From contig CP010424.1 in NCBI GenBank assembly GCA_000830275.1, positions 1-32,000 on the forward strand: DNA of 32,000 nt. The letters are read 5' to 3'. Position numbers and translations under genes: made by a program. Origin of the DNA: an archaeon GW2011_AR10. Its GTDB lineage: Archaea > Iainarchaeota > Iainarchaeia > Iainarchaeales > GW2011-AR10. Shown piece after piece: positions 23,646 through 31,424 of this stretch. Within the stretch, counting starts at the first letter, position 1. The number at the start of each line of letters is the position of its first letter. Below the pieces are notes generated by a model. That model was given only the letters and a program-made list of their open reading frames with translations, made no database searches and was not told where the DNA came from.

Positions 23646-24185
23646 TACAGTGCCTGCAACTATTGGGATGCTGAGGTTGTCATCAATTGGAAGCAGTTCT
23701 GCAAGCATTCCTGCAACTGAAACAATCAATGCAATGTGAAGCGGAAACAGGAAGGACAGCAGCGCGAAGGAAAAAATTATCCCGCCGAGTGTTCCTTCAA
23801 GAGTATAGTTTCCGACAATTTTGTGTTTTCCCACTGCTTTCCCAACAAGGGTTGAAGCTGCATCTCCATAAACGCTTACCACTAAAGCACCAATTATTAC
23901 TTCCATGCGCTGGAAAAAGAATAGCAGCAAAACCATGCCAAGAAAAAACATTAGTGCTCCAAAACCCGGAAAATGCTTTTCGTAGTCGCGCTGCACTTTT
24001 TTCAGCAATGATTCAAGCATGTCGGCCTTAACCCCAACCCTTACGAGCATTGAAAGCATTAAGCCAATGAAGAAGATAAGTGCCGCTAGCAGAAGAGAGA
24101 GCTCTCTGCCAAGCAAAGCAACTGATGCAATGATTATTGTGCCGGCAAAAGCGTGGATTAATTGCCTTGAAATTTCCCGGTTCAT
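23628..24185 (-). CDS. CTP-dependent polyprenol (dolichol) kinase / cytidylyltransferase-family membrane protein
   Basis: Polytopic, with the motif YGDAASTLVGKAVGKHKIVGNYTLEGTLGG. The ATG at 24185 gives an ATGA overlap with the upstream gene's stop. Confidence 0.5.
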   Translation of the reverse strand: MNREISRQLIHAFAGTIIIASVALLGRELSLLLAALIFFIGLMLSMLVRVGVKADMLESLLKKVQRDYEKHFPGFGALMFFLGMVLLLFFFQRMEVIIGALVVSVYGDAASTLVGKAVGKHKIVGNYTLEGTLGGIIFSFALLSFLFPLHIALIVSVAGMLAELLPIDDNLSIPIVAGTVLSLLL

Positions 24186-24919
24186 TTCAGGTGTCGCCTC
24201 AAGAGTTTTTCGCTTTCCAAAAGGTTTTTGCTGTTTGAGAAACCTCTTAAAATTTTTTTGAGCTGCCAAGATTTTTTGGCCCTTAATTTTTCTGCTTCTT
24301 TTTTTATGAGCGGAACTGCTCTCGAAATGTTGTCAACAACTGTTATGTTTGCTTTCTGTGCGGTTCTGCTTAAAGGGTTCAAGTCGATTGCAATTACCAC
24401 TGTTTCGTGTTTTTTAAGCGCCTCGGTTCTATCCCCATCCTCAAGCATAACCAAAACAACATCTGCACTGAATATTCCTTGCCTGCAGACATTTGCCCTT
24501 TCACTGCTTAAACCAGCGATTCTTGCGTCAGTTGTTTTACCTAAAATGCTTGCTCCCTGCTTTTTGAAATGCTTGACAATTAATTCTCGGCGCTTTTTTG
24601 CAGGAGCATAAAAAACGTTTGCCCCGATTTTTGCTTTAACAGTTTTTGCGAGTGCGATAATTTCTCGCACCGCCAAAACAGCTGCGTTGCCGTTAACTGA
24701 AATAACTGGTTTTTTCGCCAAAAGCAGCTGCGCTGCGGCAGCCCTTGCTGCTTTTTTTGCTTGAGCGCTTGTTTTCTCTCCAAGAAGGTAATCAAATGCT
24801 TCACCCCTGCCAAAAGCAATCATTCCGGTCGGGGTTACAATTCCTGCCCTCATGCCTTCCTCCAGCAATTGCCTCTGCTGCAGTGAATTGTGCCTCGGAT
24901 GATTTGCAGGAACAATCAT
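24182..24919 (-). CDS. 4-phosphopantoate--beta-alanine ligase (archaeal phosphopantothenate synthetase)
   Basis: Contains HPRHNSLQQRQLLEEG...GMIAFGRGEAFDYLLGE...PVISVNGNAAVL...VVLVMLEDGDRTEAL...IAIDLNPLSRTA...VVDNISRA. Confidence 0.85.
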   Translation of the reverse strand: MIVPANHPRHNSLQQRQLLEEGMRAGIVTPTGMIAFGRGEAFDYLLGEKTSAQAKKAARAAAAQLLLAKKPVISVNGNAAVLAVREIIALAKTVKAKIGANVFYAPAKKRRELIVKHFKKQGASILGKTTDARIAGLSSERANVCRQGIFSADVVLVMLEDGDRTEALKKHETVVIAIDLNPLSRTAQKANITVVDNISRAVPLIKKEAEKLRAKKSWQLKKILRGFSNSKNLLESEKLLRRHLK

Positions 24920-25761
24920 AAAACCATTGCCCCTTTCCCGGCAATTTTTGTAACAGCAACCCGGCGGCAGTGCTTTTTGAATTCTTTGCCTGTTTTTGTT
25001 GGATTGTTTGTTAATGCAAAAACCGTTTGGCCCAGCATTGCCTGGCTTGAATCAGGCACTTTTTCCATGAATCTTTCAACTGCGCGGGAAGCAAGGCCTG
25101 TTTCAATGGTGAATTCCCTGCAGCACTCAATGAAAGTGCTGAAATTTTTTTTTCTGCCGAATTTCTGCATTGCTTTTTCGCCTGCCTTGTTAATTTTTTG
25201 TTTCCATTCCGAGTTTCTGATTATGTTCGAGGTTTTTATTGGGGAAAAAAAGCCCAGCACTGCAAAATTTTCTTTTATTGGAATGATTTCCACTTTCTTT
25301 GAGGGGTAAGGTTTTTTTCCCATCATCAAACCATGGTGCTGTTCTGCTATAACATCTCCAAGCCCTGTTCCTGCGCTTATTTCTGCTTTTTTTGCAATCT
25401 CCAGGGCTTTTTTTTGCGGCAGTTTTGTTGAAAGAGCTTCATTTAATGCCATTGAGAGGCTTAACGCCCCAGCCCCGCTTAGCCCAAGGCCATAACCTAT
25501 CGGCAATTCAATTGAGTGTAAAACTTTTACATAAAATTTTTTCTTTTGTTTTGAAAGGAATGATTCTGCTACGTTCCTTGAGGTTTTTGCTTCGCTTTCC
25601 CTTCCGTTAATTAAAACCACTACTTTGTTTTTCGCTGAAGGATTAACATCAACTCTTGTAATGGCCCCTTTGGATATGTTGAAGCCTGCCCCGGTTGAGC
25701 CATTGGAGAAAATCCTGAAAAAGCCTGTTATGTGCCCTGGAGAGAGTGCGGTTGCGTTCAT
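24916..25761 (-). CDS. Pantoate kinase (archaeal GHMP-family)
   Basis: Contains LSPGHITGFFRI, the GHMP motif PIGYGLGLSGAGALSLSMA, and GTGLGDVIAEQHHG. The ATG at 25761 lies 4 nt after the fibrillarin stop, and there is an ATGA overlap with the next gene. Confidence 0.8.
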   Translation of the reverse strand: MNATALSPGHITGFFRIFSNGSTGAGFNISKGAITRVDVNPSAKNKVVVLINGRESEAKTSRNVAESFLSKQKKKFYVKVLHSIELPIGYGLGLSGAGALSLSMALNEALSTKLPQKKALEIAKKAEISAGTGLGDVIAEQHHGLMMGKKPYPSKKVEIIPIKENFAVLGFFSPIKTSNIIRNSEWKQKINKAGEKAMQKFGRKKNFSTFIECCREFTIETGLASRAVERFMEKVPDSSQAMLGQTVFALTNNPTKTGKEFKKHCRRVAVTKIAGKGAMVL

Positions 25762-25765
25762 TGAA

Positions 25766-26443
25766 TCACTTTTTCTTGCACAGAACAAAATAGTGTTCTT
25801 TGTCAAAAGGCTCAAGCGGTAACAATTGTATTATGCTGAATTCTTTTTCCAGTTTTGCAACTTCTTCTTCCGCGACTTTCTCTTTTTTTTTGCTTGAGGA
25901 AATGCTGCTTGCTTTAATGACAAGCATCCCGTATCCGTCCATTTGCAGGTGCATTCTGCTGTTCTTCAGAAAAATTTCTGCTTGGTGTTTTTGGCTGACG
26001 TCCTGATAGAGCACGCTGATAGGAAAGCCTGCCACGTCCTGCTTGTAAGTTGCCGGCTGGCTTGCATCAGCCAGGATAGGGTAAACGTTTTTTCGCTGCT
26101 CGCACAAATAATAGAATTTTCTCATTGTTCTGGCGGAAATGTCAACCCCGAATACGGCTCCTTTTTCCCCAATGATGTCGCTTATGTGTGAAACAGTTGT
26201 TCCCTCTGCTGCTCCAAGGTAAAGCACAACCGACTTTTCCTTGACCGGCAGCTCCGTTAAGCCTTTTTTTATTGCTGCCGCAAGCTTGCTCCTGTAAGGG
26301 TTCCAAAGCCTTAACTCAAAGCCCTTTTCTTGCAGGAGGTTCTCGCCGTAAACCTTCACTCCTTTAACCAAATTTTTTGTTGCCAGCTGGGAGTCAAGCC
26401 TGAAAACCCCGGGAAAGATTTCCCTTATTTCTGCTGCCTTCAT
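25766..26443 (-). CDS. flpA: Fibrillarin-like rRNA/tRNA 2'-O-methyltransferase
   Basis: Contains VYGE, WNPYRSKLAAAI and VLYLGAAEGTTVSHISDIIGEKGAVFGVDIS...ILADASQP. It has an ATGA overlap with nop5. Confidence 0.9.
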   Translation of the reverse strand: MKAAEIREIFPGVFRLDSQLATKNLVKGVKVYGENLLQEKGFELRLWNPYRSKLAAAIKKGLTELPVKEKSVVLYLGAAEGTTVSHISDIIGEKGAVFGVDISARTMRKFYYLCEQRKNVYPILADASQPATYKQDVAGFPISVLYQDVSQKHQAEIFLKNSRMHLQMDGYGMLVIKASSISSSKKKEKVAEEEVAKLEKEFSIIQLLPLEPFDKEHYFVLCKKK

Positions 26444-27273
26444 TTTTTCCTTTTCTCGTTGCGTTTTGTTTTTGTTTCTTCAACTGCTTTGAATCTCTGC
26501 TGCAGCTGCTTTTCAAGTTTTTCAGCCACTTTGCTGGAACCAAAGAAATCAGCTTTAAGTGCAATGCTCAGCTTTGATGCAACGCTTCTCGCAATTTTTC
26601 CCTTATGCCATGGCTTTGCGCTCATTACTAGGGGGTGCTGGAAAAGCAGCCCGTGTTTTGGTGCTTTGCCTCCATTGCGGAGGTGCTGGAACAATGCTTT
26701 TTCTGCCCCAATAATCTGAACAGTGGAAGCAGGCATGAACGCAAGCCTTTTCTTGCTGCCGGTTTTCGCGAGAATTTTTGCGCCGAGAACCGCTCCGCAC
26801 AGTTGCGAGAAATTCGGGAGCTCTCTTGCCATTGCTTTTTCAATGTACTTTGTGAGAAAACCTCTTTCCTCCTTCAGGTTCAATGCATTCAGTGCAAGCA
26901 GCTGAATTTCCCTGAGTTCTTCCTCGCCAAGAGCAATTCCAATTGAGGTCCTTGCTTTTTCCTCAAGTTTTTCTGCTTTCTCCTTGTTCTGGAAGTGCTT
27001 TAATATTTTTTCCTTGGAAAAGTTGCTTCGCGTTCCGAGGTGGTAAATGAGCTTAAGGCAGGATTCATTGTCCTGCACTATTGGCCGCATTTCAGGGAAA
27101 TGAATGCTGTGCCATTCAATCACTTGCTCTGCCAGCAGGTTGACTGTGTTGTCCAAGTCTTCCAGCAGGCCCACTGCTTTTATGATGTGAACATCGCTTT
27201 CCGAGAGGGTTTCCTGGAAGCGGGTTTTCGCCTTTTTTAACAGCTTTTTCCTGAGTTCTTCCGCCTTGTCCAT
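26440..27273 (-). CDS. nop5: Nop5 (Nop56/58 homolog), short form that appears to lack the N-terminal fibrillarin-binding domain
   Basis: Contains the NOSIC-like LLAEQVIEWHSIHFPEM starting about 45 aa from the N-terminus, the Nop-domain GAEKALFQHLRNGGKAPKHGLLFQHPLV, and a Lys-rich tail. Confidence 0.8.
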   Translation of the reverse strand: MDKAEELRKKLLKKAKTRFQETLSESDVHIIKAVGLLEDLDNTVNLLAEQVIEWHSIHFPEMRPIVQDNESCLKLIYHLGTRSNFSKEKILKHFQNKEKAEKLEEKARTSIGIALGEEELREIQLLALNALNLKEERGFLTKYIEKAMARELPNFSQLCGAVLGAKILAKTGSKKRLAFMPASTVQIIGAEKALFQHLRNGGKAPKHGLLFQHPLVMSAKPWHKGKIARSVASKLSIALKADFFGSSKVAEKLEKQLQQRFKAVEETKTKRNEKRKK

Positions 27274-27389
27274 GCCTTCACCAGAACAATTATATTAAGA
27301 ATTTGTTTATAAAATCCTTTATAACCTTTATAATTAGGTAATAATTAGGTGCATTAAATTTTTGAGGGGTTTTTTGCCCTTGGGTGTTT

Positions 27390-27406
27390 GCGCTGAAAAC
27401 CAGCGC
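27390..27406 (+). promoter_or_regulatory. Hairpin GCGCTG-AAAAC-CAGCGC just upstream of the GlyRS start
   Basis: Perfect 6-bp stem, 9 nt before the TTG at 27415. Its function is unknown. Confidence 0.25.
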
Positions 27407-27414
27407 ATTCAGTT

Positions 27415-28929
27415 TTGGTGGTTTTTTTGCCTAGAGATGAAATAGTGAACTTGGCGCTGAGGAGAAGCCTGTTTTACCCTGCAGCGGAGATATACGCCAA
27501 TTCCCCCAGCGGGTTCTGGGAATTCGGCCCTGACGGCGAGCGAATAAGGCGAAAAATAATTGGTTTTTGGAGGAGGGAGCTTGTGCAGAAAGAGCGCTTC
27601 CTTGAAATCCATGGCTCCCAGATTTTGCCTGAACCTGTTTTCAGGGCTTCAGGCCACTTGGATTCCTTCAACGATCCCGTAGTGCAGTGCAGGAAATGCC
27701 ATTCACTCCACAGGGCAGATGAATTGATTGCATCGCAGGCAAAAAAGGTTGTGCCAGAATCCCTTTCAACCCCTGAGCTGGATAACCTCATCAAAGAGCA
27801 CAAAGTGAAGTGCCCAAAGTGCAGTTCAACCGATTTTGACAAGGTTAAAAAGTTCAACATGATGATGAAGGTTGACATTGGTGCAACAGGCAACCAGCCA
27901 GCGTACCTGCGCCCTGAAACCTGCCAAAGCATTTTCTTGGATTTTCCGCGCGTTTACAAGACCATGAGGAGGAATCTGCCGCTTGGAATTGTGCAGGCAG
28001 GAGCCAGTTTCAGAAACGAGATTGCTCCGAGAAACACTCTGCTGAGAGAAAGAGAGCTTGGTCAAATGGAAGTGGAGGTTTTTTTCAACCCAAAAAAAAT
28101 TGATGAGGCGGAAAAATGGGGTGAGGTAAAAGATTACAGGCTGAACCTCTGGCTGCTTAAAACAAAAAAAGTTGAAGGCATTTCTTGCGGTGAAGCAGTA
28201 AAGAAAAAAATTGTTTCAGGCAAACTCATTGCATACTATTTGGCGAGAGTTCAGCAGTTGTATGAAAAGTTCGGTGTTCCTGTTAAAATAATGCGTTTCA
28301 GGGAACTTGAGAAGGATGAGAGGGCGTTTTATGCGAAAGAAACATGGGATTTCGAGGTTGAAACTGATTTGGGCTGGGTTGAGCTGATTGCGTGCAATTA
28401 CAGGACTGACTACGACATGAAGGGCCACGGCAAGGAAAGCAAAACAGATGTAATGATTAAGGAAGAAGATTCTCCTGAAGCCTTCATTCCGCACGTGTTC
28501 GAGATTTCAGCAGGGGTTGACCGCACATTTTATGTTCTGCTTGACCTTTCTTTCAGGAAAGAAAAGCGCGGCCCGGAGGAGAGGATTTACCTTGACTTAA
28601 ACCCAAGAATTGCCCCATACTTTGTCGCGGTTTTCCCGCTGGTGAAAAAGGATGGCCTGCAGGAAAAAGCCGAGCAGTTGTTCCAGTTGATTGAAAGCTT
28701 TGGCTTTGACGCTTTCTTTGATGAGAAAGGCAGCATCGGAAAGAGGTACGCCCGCGTTGACGAAATTGGCGTGCCATTTGCGTTAACAGTTGATTATGAT
28801 ACGCTGAAGGACAGCATGGTTACAATCCGCGAGCGCAACACCTTAACTCAGAAAAGAGTCAAAATTGATTCTTTGCCTGAGCTGCTCTGGAAGCTTTCGC
28901 TTGGAAAAACGTCCTTTGAAAAGGTTTAA
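27415..28929 (+). CDS. glyS: Glycine--tRNA ligase (archaeal/eukaryal dimeric type)
   Basis: Contains FYPAAEIYANSPSGFWEFGPDGERIRRKII, YLRPETCQSIF, FRNEIAPRN and GVDRTFY. A Cys4 insert (CRKC...CPKC) is present. It uses a TTG start. Confidence 0.9.
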   Translation: MVVFLPRDEIVNLALRRSLFYPAAEIYANSPSGFWEFGPDGERIRRKIIGFWRRELVQKERFLEIHGSQILPEPVFRASGHLDSFNDPVVQCRKCHSLHRADELIASQAKKVVPESLSTPELDNLIKEHKVKCPKCSSTDFDKVKKFNMMMKVDIGATGNQPAYLRPETCQSIFLDFPRVYKTMRRNLPLGIVQAGASFRNEIAPRNTLLRERELGQMEVEVFFNPKKIDEAEKWGEVKDYRLNLWLLKTKKVEGISCGEAVKKKIVSGKLIAYYLARVQQLYEKFGVPVKIMRFRELEKDERAFYAKETWDFEVETDLGWVELIACNYRTDYDMKGHGKESKTDVMIKEEDSPEAFIPHVFEISAGVDRTFYVLLDLSFRKEKRGPEERIYLDLNPRIAPYFVAVFPLVKKDGLQEKAEQLFQLIESFGFDAFFDEKGSIGKRYARVDEIGVPFALTVDYDTLKDSMVTIRERNTLTQKRVKIDSLPELLWKLSLGKTSFEKV

Positions 28930-28960
28930 CTGTTTCTTTGCGCTTAATTTTATTCAACCC

Positions 28961-29009
28961 AAAAGATACCTCGGCTTTTAAGTCGCGGTTATTGGCCTCG
29001 GTATCTTTT
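28961..29009 (+). terminator. Long hairpin after glyS (AAAAGATACC / GGTATCTTTT plus an inner GGC(T)/(G)GCC extension)
   Basis: The 10-bp outer stem is read from the sequence. It starts 32 nt after the stop and ends in a T-run. Confidence 0.5.
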
Positions 29010-29023
29010 CCGTTGACGGGTTC

Positions 29024-29120
29024 ATGACGTCCATTAAATGTTGGGATACCCCTGCCTTAAGCCTTTTAGAAAAAGGCTTGCGAAAAAGAGGCTGCGCCTT
29101 TAGGCAGGGGAGGACGTCAT
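29024..29120 (+). ncRNA. Highly structured ~97-nt element directly abutting the tRNA-Thr 5' end (leader or independent small RNA)
   Basis: The outer stem is ATGACGTCC (29024-32) with GGACGTCAT (29112-20). A second stem is CCCCTGCC (29049-56) with GGCAGGGG (29103-10). The inner hairpins are AAGCCTTTT-AGA-AAAAGGCTT (29059-79) and AGGC-TGC-GCCT (29089-99). Confidence 0.4.
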
Positions 29121-29123
29121 TGT

Positions 29124-29196
29124 GCCACCGTAGCATAGCGGCTAATGCAGCTGATTCGTAATCAGCAGATCGGGGGTCCAAATCCCTCCGGTGGCT
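29124..29196 (+). tRNA. tRNA-Thr (anticodon CGT)
   Basis: Hand-folded cloverleaf. Acceptor GCCACCG/CGGTGGC, D-arm GCAT-AGCGGCTA-ATGC, anticodon arm GCTGA-TTCGTAA-TCAGC. T-arm GGGGG-TCCAAAT-CCCTC, with a C at position 55. Discriminator T, and no encoded CCA. Confidence 0.85.
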
Positions 29197-29281
29197 TTCT
29201 TCAAAAAAGCAGTTGAACCTGAGCGTTTTCTTCTTATGCCAGGACTTTTTTAGGGTGAACCACTTTCAGCATTTCAAGGAT

Positions 29282-29449
29282 TTAAAGGTAAGCGTAGAAC
29301 TGCACTGCAAAGCCAACTGCCATTACTGCCAATCCAGCCGCCTGAACCTTTTTTTCTGATGGGACTTTAATGAACAGGGGCGCGGAAAAAATTATTGCTC
29401 CGAGGATGTTGAATGCCAGCCCTGTTAGAATAATGTTTTGGTCAGCCAT
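29282..29449 (-). CDS. Small 2-TM membrane protein (55 aa), below the ORF-track size cutoff
   Basis: My translation is MADQNIILTGLAFNILGAIIFSAPLFIKVPSEKKVQAAGLAVMAVGFAVQFYAYL. The ATG lies 2 nt after the stop of the upstream surface-protein gene. Confidence 0.45.
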   Translation of the reverse strand: MADQNIILTGLAFNILGAIIFSAPLFIKVPSEKKVQAAGLAVMAVGFAVQFYAYL

Positions 29450-29451
29450 TT

Positions 29452-30951
29452 TTATCCCGTTGTTATGGTGAATTCTTTTATTGTTTCCTCTCTTTCCCCT
29501 GCGGTTGGCCCTGAATAGCGGGCGCTTAACTCGCAGGTTGCAATCAATCCCTCAGCGTAACCCGCGGCATTGATTAAGTAAACAGTTGAAACGCTTTCCC
29601 TTGGGGGAATTTCATCGAAGTTTGTGCGGTTAATGTTAACCCAGTCAACATCCCCTATGCTGCTGTTGCATGAAACCGTCACAATCACTTCTCTTATGGT
29701 TAACTCGCCCCTGTTCTGAAGCGTCAAATCAAAGTCTTCTTCTTGGTAGTCGCCGCTGTCAGGGTTTTTCCTTACTATTTTGTCGTTTGCCCCGGTGATT
29801 TCAAGTTTTAGGGATGTTTTGTCGATAGTCAAATCAATGAGGATTTCAGTGCTCCAATAAGAAGTGCTGATTACAACTTTTCCGCCGACTTTTTCCTCTG
29901 TGGCATCGCTTGGAATCTGGATTCCTGCAGGCGGGTTAACCCTTAACACAATGCTTTTTTCCTCGTTTTCGTTCAGTGAGATTGTTTCCTGGTCAAGGCT
30001 GAACCATGAAGCAGCATCTTCCGTTGTTGAGTACTTTGCGGAATTTATCTCTACCCTGAGCTGAATGTCCTCCATTTTGTTTGGGTTTTTGTTCTTCACC
30101 CTTATTGTCTGCTGTGCAATGCCGCCCTCAAACGTTGTCAGCCTCATTGTGCCGCGCGGCGAAACCTCCATTTTTCTTGAATCGAACTGAATCAAAGCAA
30201 AAGAAGCATTAATGATTGCATTGGGGTTATCCTGGCCCTTTATTCGGATTTTTCCTGAAAGGTTTTCTCCAAACAGCGAGGATGCAAGGTCCTCTCTAAC
30301 CTGCAATTCAAGCTCTGCTGTAAACTGGCCTGGTGGAACAGTCAACGGCTTGGGGTAAGAGAAGCTCATCCTTTTGCTGTCCAACGCTCCCTCGAACACA
30401 AACTCTATTGCTTGGGGTGTTGACTCGTTGTTGGTTACTGTAACCGTAACAATTTTTTTTTCTCCTGAAAGAAGTTTTTCCGGGAACTCTCCGCTTAATG
30501 ATATATCAACGTTTTCCTCTAGTTTCAAGGAAATTTCAGTGTTTCCCTTAACTTCTATGGGGTAACTGCGCAGAGCCTTGAAGCCAGAAGCGTTGACCGT
30601 TACAGTGTAGGAGCCATCCTTTAAGCTGAGAGTGTCTCCAGAGTTGATTCTTTCAATTTCTTTTCCCCCTGAATCGAACACCCTTATGGTGGCGCCAGAA
30701 ATAGTCTGCCCCTCAGTGCTTAAAGCGGTTATTGAAACAGTTCTGAAGCTTCCAACGAGGAAATCGTACGCAAAATAGGCTATGCCGATTAGCACAATCA
30801 CTGCCACTATTTTAAGCCAGTTGCCTTTGAGGAAGTCAATTGCACCGCCAATGATGGCGCCAGCGCCGCTTGGTTCAGAGCCAAAATCTATTTCGCCCTC
30901 ATGCGGCACATCGTAGCGCCTTGAAGAGTCATCATCGTACATGGCTGCCAT
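29452..30951 (-). CDS. N-terminally anchored surface protein with CarboxypepD_reg-like and Ig-like/CARDB-like domains
   Basis: 499 aa. It has the TM helix WLKIVAVIVLIGIAYFAY, then GATIRVFDSGGKEI...DGSYTVTVNASGF. The rest is beta-rich repeats such as KKIVTVTVTNNES. Confidence 0.65.
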   Translation of the reverse strand: MAAMYDDDSSRRYDVPHEGEIDFGSEPSGAGAIIGGAIDFLKGNWLKIVAVIVLIGIAYFAYDFLVGSFRTVSITALSTEGQTISGATIRVFDSGGKEIERINSGDTLSLKDGSYTVTVNASGFKALRSYPIEVKGNTEISLKLEENVDISLSGEFPEKLLSGEKKIVTVTVTNNESTPQAIEFVFEGALDSKRMSFSYPKPLTVPPGQFTAELELQVREDLASSLFGENLSGKIRIKGQDNPNAIINASFALIQFDSRKMEVSPRGTMRLTTFEGGIAQQTIRVKNKNPNKMEDIQLRVEINSAKYSTTEDAASWFSLDQETISLNENEEKSIVLRVNPPAGIQIPSDATEEKVGGKVVISTSYWSTEILIDLTIDKTSLKLEITGANDKIVRKNPDSGDYQEEDFDLTLQNRGELTIREVIVTVSCNSSIGDVDWVNINRTNFDEIPPRESVSTVYLINAAGYAEGLIATCELSARYSGPTAGEREETIKEFTITTG

Positions 30952-31000
30952 TCAATAGGTAGTTAAAACCACTATTAAATACTTTTGGTGAAAAAATAAG

Positions 31001-31396
31001 TTGAGCTGCATGAAGGTAGCGCTGATCTCAAGCAGGCAGGCCGCCATAAATTTTTTGCCTGAGCTGCAGGAAGCTCTTGAGAAAAAAATACTCGACATTG
31101 AAGTAGAGCAGTTTGAAGTGCAGCTAAACACTGATATTCCCAGGAAAACAAAAGGCCTATTGGGCTTTGACATGATTTTTGTTTCAATACCCTTCAAAGA
31201 GGAAACCCAAAAAATAAGAATCCTGATCCAGAAACTTGTTGACTTGGATTTAGCAGCAGAGTCAAAGATAATCAATGGCGTTGAAGAAATCCAGCTGGAG
31301 GAAGACCTCTCGGCAGAGGAAGCAAAGGAAATTAAAAAATCAGAAGCCGAGAAATGGAGCAACATCATTTTAGAAAAAATTCTTGAAGCCCAATAG
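31001..31396 (+). CDS. Hypothetical protein
   Basis: 131-aa ORF with an acidic C-terminal half. I have no confident family call; the start may be the Met at 31010. Confidence 0.45.
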   Translation: MSCMKVALISSRQAAINFLPELQEALEKKILDIEVEQFEVQLNTDIPRKTKGLLGFDMIFVSIPFKEETQKIRILIQKLVDLDLAAESKIINGVEEIQLEEDLSAEEAKEIKKSEAEKWSNIILEKILEAQ

Positions 31397-31424
31397 TTAT
31401 CGGCCTTTTAGGCGTTGAAGGGCA

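Noticed and set aside
28978-29181. 67-aa minus-strand ORF.
   Set aside because: It overlaps tRNA-Thr and the hairpin-rich non-coding region, and it is an artefact of GC-rich stems.
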